Positions 41,497 through 49,868 of a stretch of 64,000 nt of DNA are shown here, piece after piece. The stretch's first letter is position 1. Each line of letters begins with the position of its first letter. The notes beneath the pieces are model-generated. The model was not told the DNA's origin and made no database searches. It saw only the letters and a program-made list of their open reading frames with translations. The position numbers and the translations under genes were made by a program. Source of the DNA: Acidimicrobiales bacterium (GTDB taxonomy: Bacteria > Actinomycetota > Acidimicrobiia > Acidimicrobiales > Bog-793); NCBI GenBank assembly GCA_035533595.1, contig DATLTN010000032.1:184-64183 (forward strand), written 5' to 3'.

Positions 41497-42846
41497 GTGC
41501 TCACCACCAAACAGAACCACCGCCTGACCGAGGTCGGCCCCGGGACCCCCGGGGGCGAGCTCCTGCGCCGCTATTGGCACCCCTTTGTGCCGACCGCGCA
41601 GCTGCGCGCCGAGCAGGTGCGCAAGGTCCGCCTCCTCGGCGAGGACCTCGTCGCCTTCGCGGACCGCAGCGGCGACTTCGGCCTGGTCGGGGACCGCTGC
41701 GCGCACCGCCTCGTCGGCATGCAGTTCGGCATCCCCGAGGCCGAGGGGCTGCGCTGCCCTTACCACGGCTGGCTCTACGGGGCCGACGGCCGCTGCCTGG
41801 AGACGCCGCTCGAGTCGCCGAACTCGCGCCTCAAGGACTCGGTGCGCCTGCCGGCCTACCCCGTGCAGGAGTTCGCGGGGCTCCTCTGGGCCTACCTCGG
41901 CCCCCTCCCTGCCCCCGAGCTCCCCCGCTGGGACGTGCTCGCCTGGCCGAACGCGCTGCGTCAGGTGGGCACGACGGTGATCCCCTGCAACTGGCTGCAG
42001 TGCCAGGAGAACGCCGCCGACCCGGCGCACAACATCTACCTGCACGGCCCGTTCTTCGCCTACCAGCTGGAGAAGATGGGCCTCCTCGAGGAGCGCGCCG
42101 GGAACCGCGAGACGCACCGCGCCTGGACGAGCCTCGCCTCGGGCGTCGGCTTTGACCACGTGGTGAGCGAGCGCGGCGAGTTCGGCATCCAAAAGGGGAT
42201 CGCCTACAGCCGCGAGCGGGGGGCGGCCGCCGACGCGATCCGCTGGTTCCCCTACATGGTCTTCCCCAACTACACCCGCGTCGGCGGCGGCAGCGGCCTG
42301 CGCCACGAGCTGCAGATCCGCGTACCAGTCGACGACACCCACACCTACCACGTGATGTACGACATCTACGCCGCCCCGGAGGGGCTGACGGCCCCACACC
42401 AGGAGGAGGTGCCCTACTACGAGGTGCCGATCGCCGACGCGAAGGGCGAGCCGATCCTCGACTTCGTGCTCGGCCAGGACATGGTGATGTGGGCCTCGCA
42501 GGGCGAGGTCGCCGACCGCAGCGTGGAGACCCTCGCCGGGACCGACGAGGCGGTCCGCCGCTTCCGCGACCTCCTCGAGGAGCAGATCGCCCTCGTCGAG
42601 GCGGGGGGCGAGCCGATGAACGTCTTCCGCTCCGGGCGCTACCGGGGCGAGATGCTCGAGCTCGAGCCGCACATCGGCAAGGCGCTCGACCAGGTGCTCG
42701 AGATCAACAAGTCCGGCGCCTTTCGCGACCGCTACCACGAGGGCTACTACCTCGACGACCACGACCGCTACGGGCCGGTGCTCCCCGAGATGATCGAGCT
42801 GATGCGCCAGGCGGAGGCGCTCGCCGCCGCGCGCGTCGGGGGCTGA
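41497..42846 (+). CDS. Rieske non-heme iron oxygenase alpha subunit (phthalate 4,5-dioxygenase-like)
   Basis: GPGTPGGELLRRYW; Rieske CAH...CPYH; ENAADPAH..LH and QD mononuclear iron ligands. Confidence 0.9.
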   Translation: MLTTKQNHRLTEVGPGTPGGELLRRYWHPFVPTAQLRAEQVRKVRLLGEDLVAFADRSGDFGLVGDRCAHRLVGMQFGIPEAEGLRCPYHGWLYGADGRCLETPLESPNSRLKDSVRLPAYPVQEFAGLLWAYLGPLPAPELPRWDVLAWPNALRQVGTTVIPCNWLQCQENAADPAHNIYLHGPFFAYQLEKMGLLEERAGNRETHRAWTSLASGVGFDHVVSERGEFGIQKGIAYSRERGAAADAIRWFPYMVFPNYTRVGGGSGLRHELQIRVPVDDTHTYHVMYDIYAAPEGLTAPHQEEVPYYEVPIADAKGEPILDFVLGQDMVMWASQGEVADRSVETLAGTDEAVRRFRDLLEEQIALVEAGGEPMNVFRSGRYRGEMLELEPHIGKALDQVLEINKSGAFRDRYHEGYYLDDHDRYGPVLPEMIELMRQAEALAAARVGG

Positions 42847-42890
42847 GCCCCCGGGTACGCCCCGGCCCGCCCCCCAGTACGCTCGCGGTT

Positions 42891-43553
42891 ATGTCGGAGA
42901 TCGTGCACGCTTCGGTAGAGGAGTACCTGGAGGCGATGTACGGGCTCACCGAGGAGGGGATCCCGGTCATCCAGGCGCGGCTCGTCGAGCGCCTCGGCTA
43001 CTCGCCCCAGGCCGTCTCGGAGATGGTCCGCCGCCTGATCGACGACGGCTTCCTCACCAAGGCGGGGCGCGGCGTCTCGTTCACCGAGCAGGGCATCAGC
43101 CAGGCGCGCAGCGTCGTCCGCCGCCACCGCCTCGCCGAGCGCTTCCTCGTCGACATCGTCGGCCTCCCCTGGCACAAGGCGCACATGGAGGCCGGGCGCT
43201 GGGAGCACGTGATCTCCGACGACGTCGAGGCCCGCTTCATCGAGCTGCTCGGCAACCCCTCCACCTGCCCGCACGGGAGCCCCATCCCCGGCGGCCCGCA
43301 GGTGACGACGCCGCAGATCCCGATGGCCGAGGCCCGCCAGGGGAGCCACGTCCACCTGGCGCGCATCACCGAGCAGATCGAGACCGACCCCGCCTCGCTC
43401 GTCTACCTCTCCGAGCACGGGATCATCCCCGGGCGCGACGCGGTGATCAGCGAGCGGGCACCCGACGGGACGATCGTGCTCACCCTCGCCGAGGACGGCA
43501 AGACCGTCGCCGTCGGCGCGGCGATGAGCCGCCAGATCTTCGTCAACAGCTGA
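42891..43553 (+). CDS. DtxR/IdeR/MntR family metal-dependent regulator with FeoA/SH3 domain
   Basis: EEYLEAMY, RRHRLAERFL, AGRWEHVIS, CPHGSPIPG. Confidence 0.92.
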   Translation: MSEIVHASVEEYLEAMYGLTEEGIPVIQARLVERLGYSPQAVSEMVRRLIDDGFLTKAGRGVSFTEQGISQARSVVRRHRLAERFLVDIVGLPWHKAHMEAGRWEHVISDDVEARFIELLGNPSTCPHGSPIPGGPQVTTPQIPMAEARQGSHVHLARITEQIETDPASLVYLSEHGIIPGRDAVISERAPDGTIVLTLAEDGKTVAVGAAMSRQIFVNS

Positions 43554-43568
43554 GCGGGCGGCCCGGCT

Positions 43569-44153
43569 TCAGCCCTTCGGCGGGGTAAGGCCTTCCTCGA
43601 CGACGCGGCGGGCGATCTCGCGCATCGTCGTCCGCCCGTTCATCGCCTCGTGCTGGATGAAGGAGAAGGCCTGCGACTCGCGCAGCTCGTGGTCGTCCAT
43701 CAGCTTGCCCTTCGCGCGATCGACCCAGCGGCGCGTCTCGAGCTGCTCGGAGAGCGTCGCATTCTCCGCCGCAAGGGCGCGCATCTCCTCGTGGCGGCCG
43801 ACGGCGACCTCGATCGCCGGGACGAGCTCCTCGCGCTGGAAGGGCTTCACGAGATAGGCGAGGGCGCCAGCGTCGCGGGCCTGCTCGACGAGGTCGCGCT
43901 GGCTGAAGGCGGTGAGGATGAGCACCGCGGTCTCGCCGCGCCCGGAGATCGCGGCGGCAGCCTCCAGGCCGTTCATCCCCGGCATCTTGATGTCGAGGAT
44001 CACGAGGTCGGGCGAGTGCTGCTCGACGAGCGCCACCGCCTCGTCGCCGCGCCCCGCCTCGCCGACCACCTGGTAGCCCTCCTCCTGGAGGATCTCGCGC
44101 AGGTCGAGACGAACGATGGCCTCGTCCTCGGCGATGACGACGGTGCGTGCCAA
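43569..44153 (-). CDS. ANTAR-domain response regulator (PdtaR-like)
   Basis: IAEDEAIVRLDL, ILDIKMP, LTAFSQ, YLVKPF, then ANTAR (RAKGKLM...AFSFIQ); near tRNA-Leu(CAA) as in other actinobacteria. Confidence 0.9.
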   Translation of the reverse strand: MARTVVIAEDEAIVRLDLREILQEEGYQVVGEAGRGDEAVALVEQHSPDLVILDIKMPGMNGLEAAAAISGRGETAVLILTAFSQRDLVEQARDAGALAYLVKPFQREELVPAIEVAVGRHEEMRALAAENATLSEQLETRRWVDRAKGKLMDDHELRESQAFSFIQHEAMNGRTTMREIARRVVEEGLTPPKG

Positions 44154-44257
44154 CTCGGCTCTCCTTGTCTCCGCGGGCTGGGTGCTCGACCGGCTGTCGA
44201 GCGGGGTGCTTCCGGAGCGCTCTCTCCGGGTGCGGCCGGCTGCTAGTGGCGGGGCGC

Positions 44258-44557
44258 TCAGCCTACGAGCTTGCCGAGGAGCTCGTCGCGGCTCTCCTCG
44301 AGCTCGCTCACGAGCGCCCCCGCGGCCGCCGCGTGGTCGAGCAGCTGGGTGCGCCGGCGGCGTGCCTCGCACCACTCCCGGTGCGCGAGCGGCGTCTCGG
44401 AGACCGCCATCCGGTTGCGCGCCTCCTCGGCCGCCGCACCCGCGAGGAGCGCCCGCTCCTCGGCGAGGGCGAGCTCGTTGCGGGCCCGCTCGAGGCGCGC
44501 GTGCACGTCGAAGAGGCGCTGCTCGACAACCGTGCGATCGGTGAGGCCGGCTCCCAT
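44258..44557 (-). CDS. small coiled-coil hypothetical protein
   Basis: Plausible heptad-rich protein; TAGAAT hexamer 6 nt before ATG. Confidence 0.65.
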   Translation of the reverse strand: MGAGLTDRTVVEQRLFDVHARLERARNELALAEERALLAGAAAEEARNRMAVSETPLAHREWCEARRRRTQLLDHAAAAGALVSELEESRDELLGKLVG

Positions 44558-44566
44558 GGCGCGATT

Positions 44567-45682
44567 CTAGGACCCTTCGAGGAGGGTGCTCCTCACGAGG
44601 GCTGCGGCGAGCACCTCGGGGAGGGGCGTGCGGCCGAGGCCCGGGCCGGTGGGGACGGCGAGCGCCCCGTCGACGAGGTCGTGGGCGAGCGTGAGGTCCG
44701 GTGCGAAGTAGCGCTCGCTCGCGCCGAGGTCTCCGGGGAGGTCGAAGCCGGGGAGGGCGCCGAGGGCGATCGCCGCGGCGCGCCCGAGGCCGCTCTCGAG
44801 CATCCCGCCGATCGCGAGGTGCACGCCGGCCTCACGGCAACGGTCGTGCACGGCGCGGCCCTGCAGGAGGCCACCGAGGCGCGCCGCCTTCACCGAGACC
44901 GCGTCGCAGGCCGAGAGGCTGAGCGCGACCTCGAGGCCGCCGAGGCTCTCCACCGACTCGTCGAGCATCACCGGCGTCACCATCTCGGCCGCCAGGCGGG
45001 CGTGGCCGAGGAGGTCGTCGGCGCGCAGCGGCTGCTCGAGGGCGGCGAGGCCGACGTCGTCGATCGCCCGCAGGCGCTGCACGTGCCCGGCGTCGCCGAG
45101 GTCGTAGGCCCCGTTCGCGTCGGCGGAGAGGACGAGGTCGGGGAAGGTGGAGCGCACCGCGCGCAGGCTCTCGAGATCGCGCCCCGGCGCGATCTTGCAC
45201 TTCACCCGCCGGTAGCCGGCGGCGACCGCCTCGGCGACCTCGGCGACGACCGAGGCCGCCTCACCGAGGCTCACGTTCGCGCCGGCGGGGACCGCCGTCG
45301 CCGTCGCCCCGAGGTGCTCGGCGAGGGAGCGGCCGGCGAGGCGCAGCTCGGCGTCGAGTAGGGCCATCTCGAGGCCGGCCTTGGCCATGCGGTGCCCCCG
45401 CACCGCGGCGAGGCCCTCCATCGCCGCCGCGGTCGACTCGAGCTCGCCCTTCGCGAGCAAGCGCGGCACGAGGTGGGTGGCGAGCACCGCCTCGGCGCCG
45501 TCGGCGTACTCCTCGGTGTAGGTCGGCTCGGCGAGTGCCTCGCACTCCCCGTACCCGGTGGCCTCGCCGGCGTGCGCCACGACGAGCAGCACCGGGCGGG
45601 CGGAGTGGGCGCCCGCGCTCGTCGCGAGGCTGTGGCGGAGCGTCAGATCGAGGCGGAGCAGCTCGATCGCCTGCAGCTGCAC
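44567..45682 (-). CDS. menC: o-succinylbenzoate synthase / NAAAR enolase-superfamily enzyme
   Basis: GYRRVKCKIAPG, ADANGAY, EQPL, LDES, VSVKAARLGG, GGMLES, GDLGASERY. Confidence 0.85.
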   Translation of the reverse strand: MQLQAIELLRLDLTLRHSLATSAGAHSARPVLLVVAHAGEATGYGECEALAEPTYTEEYADGAEAVLATHLVPRLLAKGELESTAAAMEGLAAVRGHRMAKAGLEMALLDAELRLAGRSLAEHLGATATAVPAGANVSLGEAASVVAEVAEAVAAGYRRVKCKIAPGRDLESLRAVRSTFPDLVLSADANGAYDLGDAGHVQRLRAIDDVGLAALEQPLRADDLLGHARLAAEMVTPVMLDESVESLGGLEVALSLSACDAVSVKAARLGGLLQGRAVHDRCREAGVHLAIGGMLESGLGRAAAIALGALPGFDLPGDLGASERYFAPDLTLAHDLVDGALAVPTGPGLGRTPLPEVLAAALVRSTLLEGS

Positions 45683-45758
45683 GCGCCCTCCCTTTCGCCG
45701 CCATCCAGCGGCGGGGAGGCGGCCCCCGGATAACCTTCGCCGCGGCAGGGCCCGATCG

Positions 45759-45841
<83 letters not shown>

Positions 45842-46002
45842 CCGCGGGTCACAGACATAAGTGACCCACCCGCGGCGACAGAACTCGTCGCTGAGGTACC
45901 CACATTCTGCCGATGGGCTGTCTCAGTCCATCGGCAGGATCGCGTCAGGGCTTGTGCCGCGATCACAGACGCGGCGAGGTGGAACTGCTCTGCCGGGGGG
46001 CC

Positions 46003-47634
46003 TCAAGCTCCCGGGCGGTGGTCGGCGAGGCTCGTTCGTCGCCGGCGGGCTCGCTCGGTGACCGCCTCGACGTCTCCCTCGGTCTCGATCTCCCGGAAGG
46101 CGCGCAGCTTGCGGATGTTCGCGGCCATCACCAACAGCGCGCAGAACAGCGACTGCGCGACGACGCCGCGGACGCGTCGCCGTGACGGGTCGCCGAGGGC
46201 CTCGTGCGCTCCGTCTTTCAGGAACCCGTTCACACCCTCGATGGTGTTGCGACAGGTCGCGTAGCGGGACCGCCACTCCTCGGTGCCGAAGGCGAGGCGT
46301 TGGCGATGACGGGCCCCGATGTCGGGCGCGATCGTGATCGAGGCCTGCTGACAGCATCGAGGTGCGATCTCCGGCGGAAAGAGCACCTTTGTTGTTCCAT
46401 CGCGGCGAGTGCGCGAGGCGGGCCGTAGCGGACAGGAGAGGTGCGGCGTGGTTCCGACGGCCGGGCAGGAGAAGCGCTCGTAGCCGTCCACGTCGGGACC
46501 GGACTTCACGCGCAGTCGCCACTCGGCCCGGGCCGCGATGCGCGTGGCGTACTCCTCGTCGCCGATGCGCTTGCCTCGGTGGTCCGCGGTGGCCTGGACG
46601 AGGACCGCCGGGATCGCCGGACAGCACCAGGCGCCTTCGACCAGGAGCGCCCCCTGGCTGTTCGCCTGGACGCCGAGCTCGTCTCCCCGGTAGTCGAAGA
46701 CCGGGGTGTAGCCAAGGGCGCGGACCGGCAGGTGGAACACGTCGGCCCGCGCCGAGGAGTAGGCGCGGTCCGCCCCGAGGAAGCCGCTGCGATGACCATG
46801 GGACTGCGCCGCCGCGAGCATCCTTGCGCCGGTCCCTCCGGGATCGACGCCGGGACGCGAGAGACAGAGGCCGACGACGAGGCTCGGATGAGCCACCGGG
46901 CGCCCCGGCGGCGTCGCCATCACCACGATCGTCGCCTCGAGCGCCCAGGCCACCTTTCCGCGGACGCGCCCCTTGTGGTCCTCGACCCCTCGGTGGTCGC
47001 CCTCGCGCACATACCAACCGCCGTCGGGATCAGATGCACAGAGCCCGCTTCTCCGTGACGGCCCCCGGCTGTAGAGGGGGACGGGGGTGGCGTCGAGGCC
47101 GACGGCGCCGTCAAAGAGGGCCCGCTCGTGGCCTTCTTGCAGGGCGAGGGTCGCGCCGAGCAGGCCGGCGACGATCCCCTCGAGCGCCCCCCGGCGTCGC
47201 AGGTGCTCGGCGGGCGCGACGCTCTTTGTCCTCGCCTTCGCCACATCGACTGGGAGCCGGCGGTTCTTCGGAAGTCCTTCGGGGTCAAGGGCCGAGCAGA
47301 TGCGGCCGAAGAGGTAGCGCACGGTGCGGTAGCGGGCGAGGAAGGCCCGCCGGGTCGCGGCCTCGCCGGAGATCCCGAGCCGAGTGCGGACGGCCGGTGG
47401 GAGTCGGCGCCACAACAGCTCGGTCGCCAAGGAGAGGTGCAGCGGCCGCTCCTCGAGTGCGAGGAGCACGAGGGCGACGAGCAGCGCCTCGCTCGAAAGC
47501 GTCCTCGGCCGCCCGGTCGCCGTTTCGAGCTCGGCTTCGATCGCCGAGCAGACCCCGGAGCTCGCGACGATCTCGAGTGCGAAGGTGACGAGCCCGGGGT
47601 CGAGCCGACCGGTGAGGCCGGGGATCTCGCTCAT
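46003..47634 (-). CDS. DDE transposase-like protein (IS4/IS5/IS1182 superfamily-like), 543 aa
   Basis: GRPRTL N-terminus; VGLDATP (D), LGADRAYS (D), RNTIEGVNGFLK (E); C-terminal RRVRG...AANIRKL; Cys-rich insertion. Confidence 0.75.
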   Translation of the reverse strand: MSEIPGLTGRLDPGLVTFALEIVASSGVCSAIEAELETATGRPRTLSSEALLVALVLLALEERPLHLSLATELLWRRLPPAVRTRLGISGEAATRRAFLARYRTVRYLFGRICSALDPEGLPKNRRLPVDVAKARTKSVAPAEHLRRRGALEGIVAGLLGATLALQEGHERALFDGAVGLDATPVPLYSRGPSRRSGLCASDPDGGWYVREGDHRGVEDHKGRVRGKVAWALEATIVVMATPPGRPVAHPSLVVGLCLSRPGVDPGGTGARMLAAAQSHGHRSGFLGADRAYSSARADVFHLPVRALGYTPVFDYRGDELGVQANSQGALLVEGAWCCPAIPAVLVQATADHRGKRIGDEEYATRIAARAEWRLRVKSGPDVDGYERFSCPAVGTTPHLSCPLRPASRTRRDGTTKVLFPPEIAPRCCQQASITIAPDIGARHRQRLAFGTEEWRSRYATCRNTIEGVNGFLKDGAHEALGDPSRRRVRGVVAQSLFCALLVMAANIRKLRAFREIETEGDVEAVTERARRRRTSLADHRPGA

Positions 47635-48401
47635 CGGCTCCCCAGCGCGAGCCGCTCGCGAAGGGCCGCCTTGGACTGCGGTGCAGCAGGGACGTGGCGT
47701 GCGTAGCGCAAGAGGGAGCCCACCTCGTCGATCCCCGCGAGACGGACCAGCTCCGCGAGTGCGGTCCCCGCCGCGAGGTGGTCACAGACAAAGCTCGATC
47801 GGCAGCGACCCGCCGACAGCCTTGGGGCTGTTGGATCAGCGACGATCCGGTCGCACAGATCGGTGACGAAGTTCTTCTGGGTTCGGTCTGCGCCGCCGGG
47901 ACGGAAGAGAAAGCCACCCCCTGCTGCGCTCGCGAGATCGACGGCCCTCTTCTGCCAGGGCGCGCCGACGGGCACCCGGCGACCGGCGACGGTGACGGTG
48001 ACGAACCTTGCGTTGGCGGCGACGTCACCTCCTCTCAGCGCGACGAGCTCGCCGGGGCGCAGCCCCGCCCCGATCCCGAAGCAGATGATCGCCAGTGCGC
48101 TATTGGCCTTCGCGACATGGCGCTGGGACGAGGCGATGCTGAGGAGCTCCGCGCGCTCCGCGCTCGTGTAGGGGGTGACGGCACCTGAGCTGGGAAAGGG
48201 CGTGCCGACGCGACGCCGACGGCTGCGGCCGGGCGAGGACAGGAGCACGCTGCGATAGGTGCCCCGCGTGGACGCCGCCCGGCCGGGGAGGCCGCGCACG
48301 ACGAAGGACTCGACGACGTCGGGGTCGCTGAGCGCCGTCTCGAGCCCGTGCGCGAGGGCGAAGCCGAAGAAGCGCTCGGTCAGTCCGGCCCGCGTCTCCA
48401 T
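47631..48401 (-). CDS. short, divergent tyrosine recombinase-like protein (256 aa)
   Basis: GAGLRPGEL (R), GRCRSSF (second R) and LLRY (Y) retained; both canonical His positions replaced; ATGA overlap with the transposase. Confidence 0.72.
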   Translation of the reverse strand: METRAGLTERFFGFALAHGLETALSDPDVVESFVVRGLPGRAASTRGTYRSVLLSSPGRSRRRRVGTPFPSSGAVTPYTSAERAELLSIASSQRHVAKANSALAIICFGIGAGLRPGELVALRGGDVAANARFVTVTVAGRRVPVGAPWQKRAVDLASAAGGGFLFRPGGADRTQKNFVTDLCDRIVADPTAPRLSAGRCRSSFVCDHLAAGTALAELVRLAGIDEVGSLLRYARHVPAAPQSKAALRERLALGSR

Positions 48402-48434
48402 CTCGCTTGCACGTTAGTAATATCAAGCTAGAAG

Positions 48435-48812
48435 ATGATGGATGCTGGGTGGGTGGAAGAACTTGACCGCCGGGGGGCGATCCTCGCCGAGATCGCCGAG
48501 ATCGGCCCGGTCGTGCCGGGATCGCTCGTCGCGCGTATGACCCGCTGCCAGAACCCCGGTTGTCACTGCAACGCCGATCCGCCCGAACTGCACGGCCCCT
48601 ACTGGACGTGGTCCCATCGACGCGGGGGCCGCCAGGTCACGACGAACGTCTCCGCCGAGGAGGCCGAGCGACTTCGCCCGCTCATCGCCGCGGACCGCCG
48701 CCTGCATGAGCTTCTCCACCAGCTCGAGACCCTCGGCGCAGACGAGACCGTCGCGCGTAACCGCCGAGTCGTCGTGGGGTCACAGCCCGAGGAAGCCGGG
48801 GCGAAGCGTTGA
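48435..48812 (+). CDS. DUF6788-like small Cys/His protein (transposase-associated)
   Basis: GSL...RCQNPGCHC...HGPYWTWS...GRQVT motif. Confidence 0.75.
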   Translation: MMDAGWVEELDRRGAILAEIAEIGPVVPGSLVARMTRCQNPGCHCNADPPELHGPYWTWSHRRGGRQVTTNVSAEEAERLRPLIAADRRLHELLHQLETLGADETVARNRRVVVGSQPEEAGAKR

Positions 48813-49555
48813 GCAGGCCATCAGATTGCCTGGCCAGAGACTTTCGTCGCTGACCCTCTCTGGTGCGCGCTCCGCACGACCCGCGCTGGCGAGGACCGAC
48901 AGCGACGGGCCTCCGGTCCGCTTCGTGGTCGGAGCACGCCGGGCAGGGGAACATCCGCTCGAGGTGGCCGCCGCGGTCCTCGCGGGCGCACTTGTCGAGC
49001 GCCGAGACGCGACGGGCTGCTCGGCCGCGTCGACGCGTTCGCACCGGGCGCGTCGCGGGGCGCTTGGTCGCTGGCACGAAACCGGCGCATCGTGCGGCCT
49101 CGAGAGTCCGCGCCCAAGCAACAGCCGGGCATTGGGACCAGTGCGACCGGAGCCAGAACGTGCGGAGGCGTGGTTCGGAAGCTTCACCTGAGCGATCCGT
49201 TCTTCCGAACGGCCGGCGCTCGCCGTCGAGCTGCGCACTGATCGACCCGCACTCAACGAGCGCGCGGGTCGGCGAGCTGCGCCGACGTCGTGTCCCACAG
49301 GGCCTCGCTGACGTGCCGCGCGAGATGCCCTCGAAAGGGGACGACCTAGATCACCTTCGGACCCCCGTGAATCCCCTCACGATGGCCGATTTCCATGGTG
49401 TGTCGCTGCTTGGATCCTGTCTATGACTTTTGCTTGCCCGATGAACCTGGCGACGCTCTGGCCATCGGGCGGCTCGCCGCCTGTCTCGGGAGATCCGTCA
49501 TCTCCTGATCGTCGGGCGGCGTGCTCCCCGGAACGGCGACGCCCCGCTCAGGTCA

Positions 49556-49652
49556 TCGGGGCGGACGCCGCGAACGACGAGCTGCGCCGCGCAACTCGGG
49601 CCGAGCGGGGACGTTCGAGTTCTGCCGGACCCTGGCGGAGGGTTGTGGGCGC
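49556..49652 (+). repeat. dispersed structured repeat, copy A (3' part only)
   Basis: 28 bp identical to copy B (49608-49635 = 51799-51826); 26 bp identical to copy C (49561-49586 = 52907-52932). Confidence 0.9.
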
Positions 49653-49868
49653 CTGCCGAATATTTGTCACCGTCTCGGTGCTCGGCTGTGCGATCTGGCC
49701 GATGCTCTGGCGCTCCGTGCGACCCTTGCAGATCGTGTGGTGCCCAGTACTCACGTCCGGCTCCTGAGCATGGGAGCCAAGTTCGCTGGGTCGCCCAGGT
49801 GTCTGCACGCTGGCCCGAAGCAGCATTGTTACGTCGGAGCGAGCCAGCGAGTCCTGGCGTACTTGTCG

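Noticed and set aside
44567-45682. menC without other men genes as a novelty
   Set aside because: Stand-alone OSBS/NAAAR genes are common in Actinobacteria
47780-47790. GGTCACAGACA, identical to 45847-45857 in the post-tRNA palindrome
   Set aside because: Lies inside the recombinase coding frame (FVCDH) and lacks the second arm; plausibly chance
48813-49555. Decayed coding-like stretch after the DUF6788-like gene
   Set aside because: No intact ORF with recognisable motifs in any frame; cannot assign without a translated search
49613-49619. GTTCGA half-sites in repeats A and B as LexA boxes
   Set aside because: No TCGAAC-N4 partner at the right spacing
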